From positions 1,037,287 through 1,101,286 of the forward strand of contig OZ220703.1 of NCBI GenBank assembly GCA_965116535.1: a stretch of DNA of 64,000 nucleotides, in the 5' to 3' direction. Source of the stretch: Acidimicrobiales bacterium (GTDB taxonomy: Bacteria; Actinomycetota; Acidimicrobiia; Acidimicrobiales; Bin134). The number at the start of each line of letters is the position of its first letter. Positions within the stretch are counted from its first letter, which is position 1. A program made the position numbers and the translations under genes. Shown here piece by piece: positions 38,543 through 50,652 of this stretch. Under the pieces are notes generated by a model, which did not search any database, was not told where the DNA came from, and saw nothing but the letters and a program-made list of their open reading frames with translations.

Positions 38543-38633
38543 GGAGAGGTGGCCGAGTCCGGTTGAAGGCGCTTCCCTGCTAAGGAAGTAACTGCCGCAA
38601 GGTGGTTCGTGGGTTCGAATCCCACCCTCTCCG
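38543..38633 (+). tRNA. tRNA-Ser (anticodon GCT)
   Basis: GGAGAGG acceptor stem pairs with CCUCUCC. Anticodon stem-loop CUUCC-CUGCUAA-GGAAG, long variable arm, T-arm GUGGGUUCGAAUCCCAC. Confidence 0.88.
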
Positions 38634-38687
38634 CTCATTGTTGGTCGCCCGTGGTTTGCCCAACTGGCCGGGATAGTGTTCGTCGCC

Positions 38688-39443
38688 ATGGGAATGCTTG
38701 ACGGAAAAACGGCCATCGTCACCGGCGGAGGCCAGGGGGTGGGCCGGGGGATCGCCTTGGCCCTGGCGGCCGAAGGGGCCGGGGTCACGGTGGCGGCCCG
38801 CACCGAATCGAAGGTGCAGGCAGTGGCGGCCGAGATCGAAGAACGTGGTGGGTCGGCGCTGGCGCTGGTGTGCGACGTGAACGAGCTGGAAGATATCCAG
38901 ACCTGCGTGGATCGCACCGTGGAGCACTTCGGCACCGTTGACATCCTGGTGAACAACGCCCAGCAGGTGCCCCACGGGCACTTGCTGGAGGTGAGCGACG
39001 AAGCCTGCATCGCGGCATGGACCTCGGGGGCGCTGGCCTCCATTCGCTTCATGCGGCTGTGCCATCCCTACCTCAAAGACGGCGGGGTGATCATCAACCA
39101 GGGCTCGGGCTCGAGCCTCAAGACCGACCCCAGCGGCATGGGGGTGTACGCGGGGGTGAAGTCGGCCATCCAGTCGATCACCCGGGCCGCGGCCATGGAG
39201 TGGGGGGCCGACGGCATACGGGCCATCACCCTGATGCCGGTGGCCATGTCGCCGGCCATGGAGGATTGGAAGGGGTTCAACCCCGAGGGCTTCGCCGCCC
39301 TCCAAGAGCGCTTCGCCCTCAAACGGGTGGGCGACGCCGAAATAGACATCGGTCGGGTAGTCGCCTTCCTATGCAGCGACACCGCCGGCTACATGACCGG
39401 CACAACCGTCAACATCGACGGCGGAGACGCCTACCTGCGCTAG
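38688..39443 (+). CDS. SDR family oxidoreductase
   Basis: GKTAIVTGGGQGVGRGIA, NNAQ, YAGVKSA (YxxxK). Start ATG 38688 or 38694 (track uses GTG 38676). Confidence 0.85.
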   Translation: MGMLDGKTAIVTGGGQGVGRGIALALAAEGAGVTVAARTESKVQAVAAEIEERGGSALALVCDVNELEDIQTCVDRTVEHFGTVDILVNNAQQVPHGHLLEVSDEACIAAWTSGALASIRFMRLCHPYLKDGGVIINQGSGSSLKTDPSGMGVYAGVKSAIQSITRAAAMEWGADGIRAITLMPVAMSPAMEDWKGFNPEGFAALQERFALKRVGDAEIDIGRVVAFLCSDTAGYMTGTTVNIDGGDAYLR

Positions 39444-39482
39444 CTTGCGAACCGGTGTGGCGGGGGGTTGCTGTCAGCTTGT

Positions 39483-40613
39483 TTAGCTAGGCGGGGCGAT
39501 GTGGCCTTCTAGGCCGTAGGGGCGGTAGGGGCCGAAGATGGATTGCTCTAGGACGCCGATGCCCTGGCGGTCGCCCATGCGGACCTTCATGAGGTGCTGG
39601 ACGTGCTGGTTCTCGAAGGCGGTCTCGTCGACGTCGGCCAGCTTCCAGCGCTCCGACTCCATGGCCAGCTCGCCCTTCCAGTCGCCGTGCGACCACGTGG
39701 GGTGGCTGTATCCGATGCCCTTCATGCGATAGGTGAATTGCTTCTCGAAGGTGATCTCGTGGCGGATGTCGTCTTCCAGCGAGGTCATGGCCAGGGCGGC
39801 TGATTTGATCATGCGGCTGCCCGGCTCGAACTCGAGCTGGTGCTCTAGGCGGTGCATGGGCTCGACACCGGGGTCCTCGACGGCGGGGTTGTCGTCTAAG
39901 GACTCGTAAGTGGGCAGAAAGGCGCCCACGTGGAACCGGGGGCGGCCCAGGGTGTCCTCGAAGAGCTGATAGTGGCTGCACATGTCGTCCCAATGCAGGG
40001 GGGCCCACAGAAAGAACAGCCCCATGGCCCGAGGCGCCTGGGGGGCGCCCCGGTTGTCGCCGCCGGCCACCGGGCGCACGCCCCAGGAGCGGTCCTTGGT
40101 GCCGTAGGTCTCGGTGCGGTCGATCTCCATGCGCTGGCCGTCGTATTCGATCCAGCCGTGCCAGCGGCCGAACTGGGTGAACCGGGTGGTGTCCATGATC
40201 CGGCGGGTGCCGTCGGACCAGTGGTGGCGGGGCTCCTCGATGGCCGCGGTGCGGGCCTCGAAGGTGAGGTCGGCGGCGAAATCAGTGTCGTTGGGCTCCA
40301 GCACCACCCGACAGGCCTTCATGGGCTCGGTGATCTCCAGGTTGAATGGCCCGACGCTGAGGTCGGAGGGCTCGGGGTTGGCCCGGGCCGAGGCGTGAAA
40401 GGCGTGCTGCACGCCGTTGTGGACGATGCTGATGCCGCAGTCTTGGATGTCTAGGTGGGGATAGCGGGCGGTGCCCACGCCGAGGTACATATCGCCCACC
40501 TTGGAGTAGCCGTTGAACCAGTAGCGCTCGTAGAAGTCCTTTTCCCCGGTGGAAGGGGTGGAGATGGGATCGGGGGTCTGGTGGATGGGGAAATCGTCGA
40601 ATTTGGTTAGCAC
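39483..40613 (-). CDS. Conserved hypothetical protein (function unknown)
   Basis: 376 aa with ordinary coding composition (MLTKFDDFPIHQTPDPI...YERYWFNGY...TKDRSWGVRP). I do not recognise a characterised family with confidence. Confidence 0.6.
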   Translation of the reverse strand: MLTKFDDFPIHQTPDPISTPSTGEKDFYERYWFNGYSKVGDMYLGVGTARYPHLDIQDCGISIVHNGVQHAFHASARANPEPSDLSVGPFNLEITEPMKACRVVLEPNDTDFAADLTFEARTAAIEEPRHHWSDGTRRIMDTTRFTQFGRWHGWIEYDGQRMEIDRTETYGTKDRSWGVRPVAGGDNRGAPQAPRAMGLFFLWAPLHWDDMCSHYQLFEDTLGRPRFHVGAFLPTYESLDDNPAVEDPGVEPMHRLEHQLEFEPGSRMIKSAALAMTSLEDDIRHEITFEKQFTYRMKGIGYSHPTWSHGDWKGELAMESERWKLADVDETAFENQHVQHLMKVRMGDRQGIGVLEQSIFGPYRPYGLEGHIAPPS

Positions 40614-40718
40614 CCGCCTATGGTGGCAGACCCAGCTCTTTCAACAAATGTCGGAGAGGCTGGTACCATCGGGTGAGACTTTGACGCTTCGACGGTACGA
40701 CGACAGGGAGGCACAGAC

Positions 40719-42083
40719 ATGAGCAGCGGCAACGGCGAACAGCACACCTTTCGCACCTTCCAGCTCCGCAATCTAGAGGACACGCCTGGTTTCGACCGGC
40801 TGAGCGACCACCAGAAGATGGTGACCCGCGTGGTGGGGTCGGTGCTCCCGTTCAAAACCAACAACTACGTGTGTGAGCAGCTCATCGACTGGGACAAAGT
40901 GCCTGACGACCCGATGTTCCAGCTCACCTTCCCCCAAGAGGGGATGCTCGATCCCGAGCACTTCAATCGCATCGCCGATCTGATCAAGGCCGAGGTGCCA
41001 GCGGCTGAGCTCAAGGCCGCGGCTCGGGAGATCCAGTTGAGCCTGAACCCCCATCCCGCCGGACAGGTGGAGATGAATGCCGGGTTCCTGGAGGAAGAGG
41101 TGGTGCAGGGCGTGCAGCACAAGTACCGGGAGACGGTGCTGTTCTTCCCCACCCAGGGCCAGACCTGCCACGCCTACTGCACCTACTGCTTTAGGTGGCC
41201 ACAGTTCGTGCAGCTCGACGATCTCAAGTTTGCCAGCAAGGAGATCGACCGGCTGGTGGCCTACCTCAAGCTCAACCCCACGGTGTCAGATGTGCTGTTC
41301 ACCGGAGGCGATCCGATGATCATGCGCACCGAGCTGATCCGCCGCTACGCCGAGCCTCTGATGGACGACGACCTGGAGATCAGCACCATCCGATTCGGCA
41401 CCAAGGCGCCGGCCTACTGGCCCTACAAGTTCACCGAGGGCGAAGAGGCCGACGATCTGCTGCGGCTGTTCGAGGAGATCGTGGCCTCGGGTCGCCACCT
41501 AGCCATCATGGCCCACTACTCGCATCCGGTGGAGCTGGCCACCGACGCCTCCCGAGAGGCGTTGCGGCGCATTATCGAGACCGGCGCGGTGGTGCGGTGC
41601 CAGGCGCCGCTGATCCGCCACGTAAACGACAGCGCCCGGGCCTGGGCCGACATGATCACCACCGAGGTGCAGCTCGGTGCCGTGCCCTACTACATGTTCG
41701 TGGAGCGCGACACCGGGGCCAAGCGGTACTTCGAGGTCCCGCTGGTGGAGGCCTACCAGATCTACACCGACGCCTATAAGCAGGTGTCGGGGCTGGCCCG
41801 CACCTGGCGGGGTCCGTCGATGTCGGCCACCCCGGGCAAGGTGCTGGTGGACGGCGTCACCGAGATAGGCGGCGAGAAGGTGATCGCCCTCAAGTTTGTG
41901 CAGGGCCGAGACCCCGACTGGGTGAACCGCATTTTCTTCGCCGCCTACGACGAAAAGGCATCGTGGCTCGATGAGCTGCGTCCGGCGTTCGGTGAGGAGA
42001 AGTTCTTCTGGAGCGACGAGCTGGACAACATGAAGACCGACACCCCTCAGCGGGTGCAGCTCATCACCACCCGAGCCGCCTAA
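40719..42083 (+). CDS. KamA-family radical SAM protein (lysine 2,3-aminomutase-like)
   Basis: HKYRETVLFFPTQGQTCHAYCTYCFRWPQF contains the CxxxCxxC cluster in the KamA context. FTGGDPMIM follows. Confidence 0.8.
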   Translation: MSSGNGEQHTFRTFQLRNLEDTPGFDRLSDHQKMVTRVVGSVLPFKTNNYVCEQLIDWDKVPDDPMFQLTFPQEGMLDPEHFNRIADLIKAEVPAAELKAAAREIQLSLNPHPAGQVEMNAGFLEEEVVQGVQHKYRETVLFFPTQGQTCHAYCTYCFRWPQFVQLDDLKFASKEIDRLVAYLKLNPTVSDVLFTGGDPMIMRTELIRRYAEPLMDDDLEISTIRFGTKAPAYWPYKFTEGEEADDLLRLFEEIVASGRHLAIMAHYSHPVELATDASREALRRIIETGAVVRCQAPLIRHVNDSARAWADMITTEVQLGAVPYYMFVERDTGAKRYFEVPLVEAYQIYTDAYKQVSGLARTWRGPSMSATPGKVLVDGVTEIGGEKVIALKFVQGRDPDWVNRIFFAAYDEKASWLDELRPAFGEEKFFWSDELDNMKTDTPQRVQLITTRAA

Positions 42084-42108
42084 CCCTTGGCCACCAGCCT
42101 CCGGGCAA

Positions 42109-43668
42109 TTACTCCCACTCGATGGTGCCGGGGGGCTTGGAGGTGATGTCGTAGGCCACCCGGTTGATGCCGTCCACCTCGTTGATTATGCGGCTCGACA
42201 TCTTCTCCAACAGCTCGTAGGGCAGTCGGGCCCAGTCGGCGGTCATGGCGTCCTCGCTGGTCACCGCCCGGATGACCACTACCTGGCCGTAGGTGCGCTC
42301 GTCGCCCATCACCCCCACGGTCCGGATGTCGGGCAACACGGCGAAGGCCTGCCACACCTCCCGTTCCAGCCCGGCGGCGGCGATCTCGGCTCTTACGATG
42401 GCATCGGCCTGAGATAGCAGCGCAGCCTTATCCGGTGTGACCTCGCCGATCACCCGCACGCCGAGGCCGGGGCCGGGAAAGGGCTGGCGCCAGACGATCT
42501 CGTCGGGCAGCCCCAGCTCGTGGCCCACGGCCCGCACCTCGTCTTTGAACAGGTCGCGCAGTGGCTCCACCAGCTCGAAGTCCATCTCCTCGGGGATGCC
42601 GCCCACGTTGTGGTGGCTCTTGATCTTGGCTGCCGAGTCGGAGCCCGACTCGATCACATCGGGGTAGAGCGTGCCCTGCACCAGATAGGCGGCCCCGTCC
42701 ACCTGGTTGGCGGCCTCCTCGAATATGCGGATGAACAGCTCCCCGATGATCTTGCGCTTCTCTTCGGGGTCGATCACCCCGACCAGGGCGTCGAAGAAGC
42801 GGTCGGCGGCGTCCACCGCGATCAACTCGATGCCCTGGGAGCGGCGGAAGGCATCTATCACCTGCTGGCCCTCGTCTTGGCGCATCAGGCCGGTGTCGAC
42901 GAACACGCAGGTGAGCTGACGGCCCACCGCCCGGTGGACCAGGGCGGCGGCCACCGCCGAGTCGACCCCGCCACTCAGGCCGCACACCGCCCGGCCGTCG
43001 CCGATCTGGGATTGGATGGCGGCCACCGCCTCGTCGATGAACGACTCGGTGGTCCACGACGGGGTCAAGCCAGCGCCCTGATACAAGAACCGCTCCATCA
43101 CCGCTTGACCGCCGGGGGTATGGGCCACCTCGGGGTGGAACTGGACGCCGAAGATGCCCTGGGTGGGATTCTCCAAGGCAGCCACTGGGGCCTGGGGGGT
43201 AGAGGCGGTGACCTTGAAACCCTCGGGCGGGGTGGAGATGGAGTCGAAGTGGCTCATCCACACCGGGCGCTCGGTGTCTTCACCGGCGCCGAACAGGGTG
43301 CCCGGCTCACACACGCTCATTGGGGTGCGGCCGTACTCGCCGATGCCGGTGCGGGACACTTCTCCGCCCAATTGGGCGGCGATGAGCTGGGCGCCGTAGC
43401 AGATGCCCAAGATGGGAATGCCCAGGTTGTAGATGTCGGGGTCGATGCGGGGCGATCCCTCGACGTGGACCGACTTGGGTCCGCCGGAGAAGATCACCGC
43501 GCCGGGCTGGCGGTCGGCGATCTCACTTGCGCTGATGGTGTGGGGGACGATCTCGCTGTAGATGTGGGCCTCGCGCACCCGCCGGGCGATGAGCTGGGCG
43601 TACTGGGCCCCGAAATCCACCACCAAGACCGGGTGGTCTCGGCTGGCGCCGTCCGAACTGGTGGTCAA
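42109..43668 (-). CDS. guaA: GMP synthase (glutamine-hydrolysing)
   Basis: N-terminal class I GATase ([10 protein letters not shown]), the ATP-PPase loop [10 protein letters not shown], and the C-terminal KPPGTIEWE. Confidence 0.93.
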   Translation of the reverse strand: MTTSSDGASRDHPVLVVDFGAQYAQLIARRVREAHIYSEIVPHTISASEIADRQPGAVIFSGGPKSVHVEGSPRIDPDIYNLGIPILGICYGAQLIAAQLGGEVSRTGIGEYGRTPMSVCEPGTLFGAGEDTERPVWMSHFDSISTPPEGFKVTASTPQAPVAALENPTQGIFGVQFHPEVAHTPGGQAVMERFLYQGAGLTPSWTTESFIDEAVAAIQSQIGDGRAVCGLSGGVDSAVAAALVHRAVGRQLTCVFVDTGLMRQDEGQQVIDAFRRSQGIELIAVDAADRFFDALVGVIDPEEKRKIIGELFIRIFEEAANQVDGAAYLVQGTLYPDVIESGSDSAAKIKSHHNVGGIPEEMDFELVEPLRDLFKDEVRAVGHELGLPDEIVWRQPFPGPGLGVRVIGEVTPDKAALLSQADAIVRAEIAAAGLEREVWQAFAVLPDIRTVGVMGDERTYGQVVVIRAVTSEDAMTADWARLPYELLEKMSSRIINEVDGINRVAYDITSKPPGTIEWE

Positions 43669-44828
43669 CGGCCCATTCCGATGCCCTGGGACCGCTGGAG
43701 GGACTTGCCCTCGGTTTGCAGGGAGGGGGCGATCATGATGTCAGCCTTCTGGAACTCCTTGAGCGACTCATAGCCGCAGGTGGCCATGGAGGTGCGCAAT
43801 CCGCCGAACAGGTTGAGGCGGCCGTCGTTCTCCCTGGCCGGGCCGACCAGGATCTCCTCCAGCGTGCCCCGGGGGGTGGTCTGCACCCGGGCGCCACGGG
43901 GCAGCGTGGGATGGAATGTGGCCATGCCCCAGTGGTGGCCCCGACCGGGGGCCTCGTGGGCGGCGGCCAGCGGGGAGCCGATCATCACCGCGTCGGCCCC
44001 GCACACAACGGCCTTGGCGATGTCGCCGCCAGTGGCCATCCCGCCGTCGGCGATTATGTGCACGTACACCCCGGTCTCGTCGAGGTGGCGCATCCGGGCG
44101 GCCCGGGCGTCGGCGATGGCGGTGGCCTGGGGGACGCCGATCCCCAGCACGCCCCGAGTGGTGCAGGCCTGGCCCGGCCCCACGCCCACCAGGATGCCGG
44201 CCGCCCCAGTGCGCATGAGATGAAGCGCCGCGTCGTAGCTGGCGCAGCCGCCCACGATTACCGGGATCTCCAGGCGACGCACGAACTGTTTGAGGTTGAG
44301 CGGCTCGTGGTTCTTGGACTTGTGCTCGGCGGTGACCACCGTGCCCTGGATGACCATGAGGTCGAGCTCGGCGGCCAGCATGTGGGGGGCGAGCTGCTCG
44401 GTGCGCTGGGGGGTGACCGAGGCACAGGAGATCACTCCGGCGTCTTTGATCTGGCGGATGCGTTCGCCGATCAGTTCGGGCTTGATGGGCTCGGCGTAGA
44501 GTTCCTGCATGCGCAGGGTGGCCTTCTCCGGAGGCTGGGACGCGATTTCGTCCAGCACCGGCTCGGGATCCTCATAGCGGGTCCAGAGGCCCTCGAGGTT
44601 GAGCACTCCCACCCCGCCGAGTTGGCCGATGGCGATGGCGGTGTCGGGGCTGACCACGCCGTCCATGGCCGAGGCCATGAGGGGAAGGTCGAAACGGTAG
44701 GCGTCGATCTCCCAGGCGATGCTCACATCTTCGGGGTCGCGGGTCCGGCGGGTGGGGACGATGGCGATGTCGTCGAACCCGTACGCCCGCCGTGCGGTCT
44801 TGCCCAGCCCGATCTCAACCTCGGCCAT
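43665..44828 (-). CDS. guaB3: GuaB3-type IMP dehydrogenase-related protein (no CBS pair)
   Basis: [25 protein letters not shown]...; a TIM barrel with [23 protein letters not shown]; about 387 aa. ATGA-type overlap with guaA. Confidence 0.85.
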   Translation of the reverse strand: MAEVEIGLGKTARRAYGFDDIAIVPTRRTRDPEDVSIAWEIDAYRFDLPLMASAMDGVVSPDTAIAIGQLGGVGVLNLEGLWTRYEDPEPVLDEIASQPPEKATLRMQELYAEPIKPELIGERIRQIKDAGVISCASVTPQRTEQLAPHMLAAELDLMVIQGTVVTAEHKSKNHEPLNLKQFVRRLEIPVIVGGCASYDAALHLMRTGAAGILVGVGPGQACTTRGVLGIGVPQATAIADARAARMRHLDETGVYVHIIADGGMATGGDIAKAVVCGADAVMIGSPLAAAHEAPGRGHHWGMATFHPTLPRGARVQTTPRGTLEEILVGPARENDGRLNLFGGLRTSMATCGYESLKEFQKADIMIAPSLQTEGKSLQRSQGIGMGR

Positions 44829-44918
44829 CGCGACGCCCCTTTGCTTGGAAACCAAGAATTCTAAAGCCTTCTGGCTTGCTATAGGGGGATTTACTTCGTC
44901 ACCAGGAGATAGGCGAAA

Positions 44919-46292
44919 TCAAGCGGCCGATTGAATGAGATTCCAGAGTTCTTCGATGTGGTGGCGCTCGGTTTGAGGGCTGCCGATGGCCACTCTACCG
45001 ATGAGCTGACCGTCGATGGTGGTGGGGGTGAGATACGCCTTTCCGGTCTGGTTGACGGCGTCCAGAACCTGTTGGGTGGCGCTATTGCCTTCGGTGTGGC
45101 GGAAGCACACCAGGCTGACCACGGTGGGGGCGGCCAGTTCGAATCGGTCGTCGCCTTCCACCCATTCGGTGAGCTCAGCAGCCCAGGTGATATGGCGGCG
45201 CATGTGGGCCCGCAGACCCTCGGTGCCGTAGTGGCGGAGCACGAACCACAGCTTGAGGGCTCGGAAGCGCCGCCCCAGGGGCACCTGCCAATCGCGATAG
45301 TCCACCACGGCTCCCGACTCGCTGGCCGGGTTGCGCAGATACTCCGGGGTGATGGACAGGGCCTCGTTGAGGCTGGCCCGATCGGCCACGTAGAAGGCCG
45401 AGCAGTCGAAGTTGGTGAGCATCCACTTGTGGGGGTTGAAGACGTAGCTGTCTGCCGTTTCCAACCCCGCGTTGAGAAACCTCATCTCGGGGCAAAGCGC
45501 AGCAGCGCCGGCGAAGGCAGCGTCAACGTGCAGCCAGGCGTCGAAGTTGGATGCCACCCACCCCACCTCGGTCACCGGGTCGATGGCGGTGGTGGAGGTG
45601 GTGCCCACGGTGGCGGCTACGAAGAACGGGGTCAGCCCATCGTTTTTGTCCTTGACGATCTCGTAGGCCAGGTGGTCGGCCCGCATGGCGTAGGTGGGCG
45701 TGGTGGCGATGGCGCGGACCCGCTCGTCGGGGATGCCAGCCACCCGCAGCCCCTTGGCTATCGACGAGTGGGCTTGCTCAGAGGTATAGGCCACCAGATT
45801 GGAAAGGGCGTCGATGCCGCCGGCCCGGTGCCGGGCAGCAAGGATGGCGCACAGCGTGCTGCTGGACGCGCTGTCTTGGATGACTCCATTGCCCCGGAAC
45901 TTCTCGGGCAGGTCCATCTCTACCGCCAGCCACTCGAGGACGTGTTGCTCCAGCTCGGTGACCGCGGGGCCGGTGTCCCACAGCATGCCCTGGGCGCCGA
46001 GGCCCGAAGACACCAGGTCGGCCAGCGCGGAGGGCCCGCTGGCATTGGCGGGGAAGTAGGCGAAAAATCCCGGCGCCTGCCAGTGGGTGATGCCCGGCAG
46101 GATCACCTGGTCGAGATCGGCCAGCACCTCAGCGAAGTCCTCGCCATGTTCAGGCGCCTCAGCAGGCAGCATGGCCCGGATGTCGCCTGGCTCGACCGGG
46201 GCCTTGACCGGCAATTCCCCGAGCCGCGCCATGTAGTCGGCCACCCAGTCCACTGCCTGGTAGCCCCGCTGCCGGAACTCCTCCGGGGTCAT
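44919..46292 (-). CDS. Pyridoxal-dependent aromatic-L-amino-acid decarboxylase (group II), second paralogue
   Basis: MTPEEFRQRGYQAVDWVADY..., HWQAPGFFAYFPANASGPSALADL, FNPHKWM (PLP lysine). Collinear with 31094..32512. Start ambiguous (46292, 46313 or 46322); the latter two overlap the toxin gene. Confidence 0.8.
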   Translation of the reverse strand: MTPEEFRQRGYQAVDWVADYMARLGELPVKAPVEPGDIRAMLPAEAPEHGEDFAEVLADLDQVILPGITHWQAPGFFAYFPANASGPSALADLVSSGLGAQGMLWDTGPAVTELEQHVLEWLAVEMDLPEKFRGNGVIQDSASSSTLCAILAARHRAGGIDALSNLVAYTSEQAHSSIAKGLRVAGIPDERVRAIATTPTYAMRADHLAYEIVKDKNDGLTPFFVAATVGTTSTTAIDPVTEVGWVASNFDAWLHVDAAFAGAAALCPEMRFLNAGLETADSYVFNPHKWMLTNFDCSAFYVADRASLNEALSITPEYLRNPASESGAVVDYRDWQVPLGRRFRALKLWFVLRHYGTEGLRAHMRRHITWAAELTEWVEGDDRFELAAPTVVSLVCFRHTEGNSATQQVLDAVNQTGKAYLTPTTIDGQLIGRVAIGSPQTERHHIEELWNLIQSAA

Positions 46293-46305
46293 GTGGTTCG
46301 GTCGC

Positions 46306-46641
46306 TCAGCCATGAGTGCCATGCCGAAGTCCCAAGACGGCTCGGATGCCCTCGTCGATGGCATCGATGAGGGCGCGGGGTAGCTGTCCCACACGCTCCG
46401 CCAACCAGGACCTATCAACCAGCTCCAGTCCAAGCGGCACCGCAACGGAATCCTTGGGAAGACCCGTCACCGATGAGTCGAGTAGTACGTTGCCAGCAAG
46501 GCCTGCTCTGTCGACATTCGAGGTCAGGGGCACAACATGGGTTTGCCAGATATCAATGCCAAGAACGTCGTCGGAGGACACAACCACACACGGTCGACGC
46601 TTGTCGAGAGCAATCCAGTACACCGCGCCACGCGCTACCAC
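46306..46641 (-). CDS. PemK/MazF-family type II toxin
   Basis: MVARGAVYWIALDKRRPCVVVSSDD...HVVPLTSNVDRAG...GLPKDSVAVPLGLELVDRSWL fits the MazF SH3-like barrel pattern. The GTG start overlaps the antitoxin stop. Confidence 0.8.
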   Translation of the reverse strand: MVARGAVYWIALDKRRPCVVVSSDDVLGIDIWQTHVVPLTSNVDRAGLAGNVLLDSSVTGLPKDSVAVPLGLELVDRSWLAERVGQLPRALIDAIDEGIRAVLGLRHGTHG

Positions 46642-46865
46642 GGTGCGGATCGCTCCATCCGCTCGCCAGCTGCCAATGCATCCTGCTCATTCAAGCGCTC
46701 ACCGGATGCCTTGGCAGCATCGGCCACCAGTTGCTGCGCAAAGGTCACAGTCGACTGAGCCTTATGGCGACGAAGTTGGTCGGCGACCCAGCTCGAAAAG
46801 GGAACGCCGAGGCTGTCGATGACCGGAACGACATCATCCGGCAAGCTGATCGTCTTGTTGGGCAT
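46635..46865 (-). CDS. Putative antitoxin of the MazF-like toxin
   Basis: 76 aa from the ATG at 46865 (MPNKTISLPDDVVPVIDSLGVPFSSWVADQL...). The ISLPDD start is typical of RHH/MazE-like antitoxins. Overlaps the toxin start by 7 nt. Confidence 0.55.
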   Translation of the reverse strand: MPNKTISLPDDVVPVIDSLGVPFSSWVADQLRRHKAQSTVTFAQQLVADAAKASGERLNEQDALAAGERMERSAPW

Positions 46866-46925
46866 GTACGTATTATACGTATGCACACAGGGACGGCAAC
46901 ACCCAACTTTGGTGGGAAATGAACT

Positions 46926-46960
46926 GGGGGCCACCCTGCTCAGTCGCGATGGTGGCCCCC
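46926..46960 (-). terminator. Stem-loop downstream of groEL (candidate intrinsic terminator)
   Basis: GGGGGCCACC-N15-GGTGGCCCCC forms a perfect 10-bp GC-rich stem starting 28 nt after the groEL stop. The U-tract on the minus strand is weak. Confidence 0.5.
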
Positions 46961-46987
46961 AAGTAGAAAGTCAGCGGATGCTGGCAG

Positions 46988-48939
<1,952 letters not shown>

Positions 48940-48969
48940 CTTGGCCTCCAAGGGGTTGATATTTGAGCG

Positions 48970-48996
48970 TTAGCACTCTCGATAGGCGAGTGCTAA
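48970..48996. promoter_or_regulatory. CIRCE operator (HrcA binding site) upstream of groES
   Basis: Perfect TTAGCACTC-N9-GAGTGCTAA read at 48970-48996, 31 nt upstream of the groES start. Confidence 0.9.
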
Positions 48997-49090
48997 GCGT
49001 AGGTCGTGGACGGAGTTGAGGCCAATTCAGACTTGGGGTTCGCCGGACGCTAAGCCTCAGTCAATTCACAAGCTGACCGCAACCTGACCG

Positions 49091-50119
49091 CTAGATGAAG
49101 GGGAGGGGAAGGTTGGGGTCGGCGCCCACTTCGAGGGATGAGGGGCCGTCGAGCTGAAGTCGCTGCCAGCCGGCGGCGGCCACCATGGCCGCGTTGTCGG
49201 TACACATGGAACGGCTGGGCAGGAATCCGCTGATGCCCGCGGCCACGCAGGCGTCGAGCAGGCGCTCCCGCAATGAGGAGTTGGCCGCCACCCCTCCGGC
49301 CAGGCACAGGCCCTTGGCTCTGTACTCTTCGGCGGCCTTTCGGGCTTTGTGAACCAACACATCCACCACCGCCTCTTGGAAGGAGGCTGCGATGTCGGCC
49401 ACGTCATGGTCGGGGTGGTTGCGCACATGGTTGACCACCGCAGTCTTGAGGCCGCTGAAAGAGAAGTTGTAGCCGACGTCGTACATGGGGCGGGGGAAAG
49501 CCACCGCTTCGGAGTTGCCGCTCATGGCCAAACGGTCGATCACCGGGCCACCGGGGTAGCCCAAGTCCATGAAGCGGGCCACCTTGTCGAACGCCTCCCC
49601 AGCGGCATCATCCACGGTCTGGCCGATAAGCCGGTAGCGTCCGAATGCCTCCATCAACACCAGCAGGGTGTGGCCACCGGACACCAACAGCACCACTACT
49701 GGCAGTTCCAAATCAGGTTCTTCCAGAAACGATGAGTACAGATGGGCCTCGAGGTGGTTGACGGCCACAAACGGGATGTCCCAAACCAAAGCCAGCGACT
49801 TGGCTGCGCTCACTCCCACCAACAGCGAGCCAATGAGGCCGGGGCCGGCGGTGGCGGCCACCGCCTCCACGTCGTGGTCGCTGAGGCCGGCCTCGACTAC
49901 CGCTTGGGCGACCACTGGGGTGAGCAGCTCCACATGGGCTCGGCTGGCGATCTCCGGAACCACACCGCCGTAGCGGGCGTGCAGATCTACCTGGCTGCTG
50001 ATCACCGACGACATAACGTCGGATGGGCCGGAAACCACGGCGGCGGCGGTCTCATCACAGGACGTCTCGATGCCCAAAACGATGGCGGGGGTTTCCGGAC
50101 GGGAATCCAGGGCAGTCAT
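49091..50119 (-). CDS. tsaD: tRNA N6-adenosine threonylcarbamoyltransferase
   Basis: VLGIETSCDETAAAVV, the HLEAHLYS metal motif, and GGVAAN. Overlaps the rimI stop (ATGA). Confidence 0.92.
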   Translation of the reverse strand: MTALDSRPETPAIVLGIETSCDETAAAVVSGPSDVMSSVISSQVDLHARYGGVVPEIASRAHVELLTPVVAQAVVEAGLSDHDVEAVAATAGPGLIGSLLVGVSAAKSLALVWDIPFVAVNHLEAHLYSSFLEEPDLELPVVVLLVSGGHTLLVLMEAFGRYRLIGQTVDDAAGEAFDKVARFMDLGYPGGPVIDRLAMSGNSEAVAFPRPMYDVGYNFSFSGLKTAVVNHVRNHPDHDVADIAASFQEAVVDVLVHKARKAAEEYRAKGLCLAGGVAANSSLRERLLDACVAAGISGFLPSRSMCTDNAAMVAAAGWQRLQLDGPSSLEVGADPNLPLPFI

Positions 50120-50652
50120 GCTCGGTCCAGTTCTACCGCGATCTTTACGAGGCGAGCGGCATAGTCGGGCTGATGGATGTTGTCGGCCTGCATCACCACT
50201 GCATCGGGCGACAATCCCATATTGGCGTAGTAGCCCCGGCGAATGCCCACCGGGGCCAGGCCGAAGCGCCGATAGAGGGATTGGGCGGATGGATTGTCGG
50301 CGGCCACTTCAAGGGCCAGGCTCGTGTTGCGGCGTCGGGCGGCCAATGCAAGGGCCAAGAACAGCCGGGCGCCGATGCCTTGGCCCCGGCAATCGGGAGC
50401 CACCGTCACGGTGGTGATGTGGGCGTTCTTTTTCTCGAAGGCCACCCCGCCATGGCCGACGACTCGTCTGGGTCTGAAGCTCTTGTCATTGGGATTGCCG
50501 ACGACTCGATCGTGGTTGGCCACCACATAGAAACGATCATCGGTGCGGGCCAGTTCCGACTCATAAACCTCGCGGGACCAGGGGATCGGATAGCACAGGG
50601 CGTCGATAGCCATGACCTCGCCGAGGTGAGCTCTTTTCATGGGCTCGATCAT
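50116..50652 (-). CDS. rimI: Ribosomal-protein-alanine N-acetyltransferase (GNAT)
   Basis: GNAT core with the RGQGIGARL acetyl-CoA motif. The ATG at 50652 forms an ATGA overlap with the tsaB stop. Confidence 0.8.
   Translation of the reverse strand: MIEPMKRAHLGEVMAIDALCYPIPWSREVYESELARTDDRFYVVANHDRVVGNPNDKSFRPRRVVGHGGVAFEKKNAHITTVTVAPDCRGQGIGARLFLALALAARRRNTSLALEVAADNPSAQSLYRRFGLAPVGIRRGYYANMGLSPDAVVMQADNIHQPDYAARLVKIAVELDRA

Noticed and set aside
37823-39052. 409 aa minus-strand ORF from the track.
   Set aside because: Only the last 214 aa (from the ATG at 38467) look like a nitroreductase. The upstream part runs antisense through tRNA-Ser(GCT) and the SDR gene and is compositionally junk.
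49059-49064. TTGACT hexamer (minus strand) as the -35 element of the groES promoter.
   Set aside because: No acceptable -10 hexamer lies at 16-19 nt spacing in my reading, so I do not call a promoter. Only the CIRCE element is reported.
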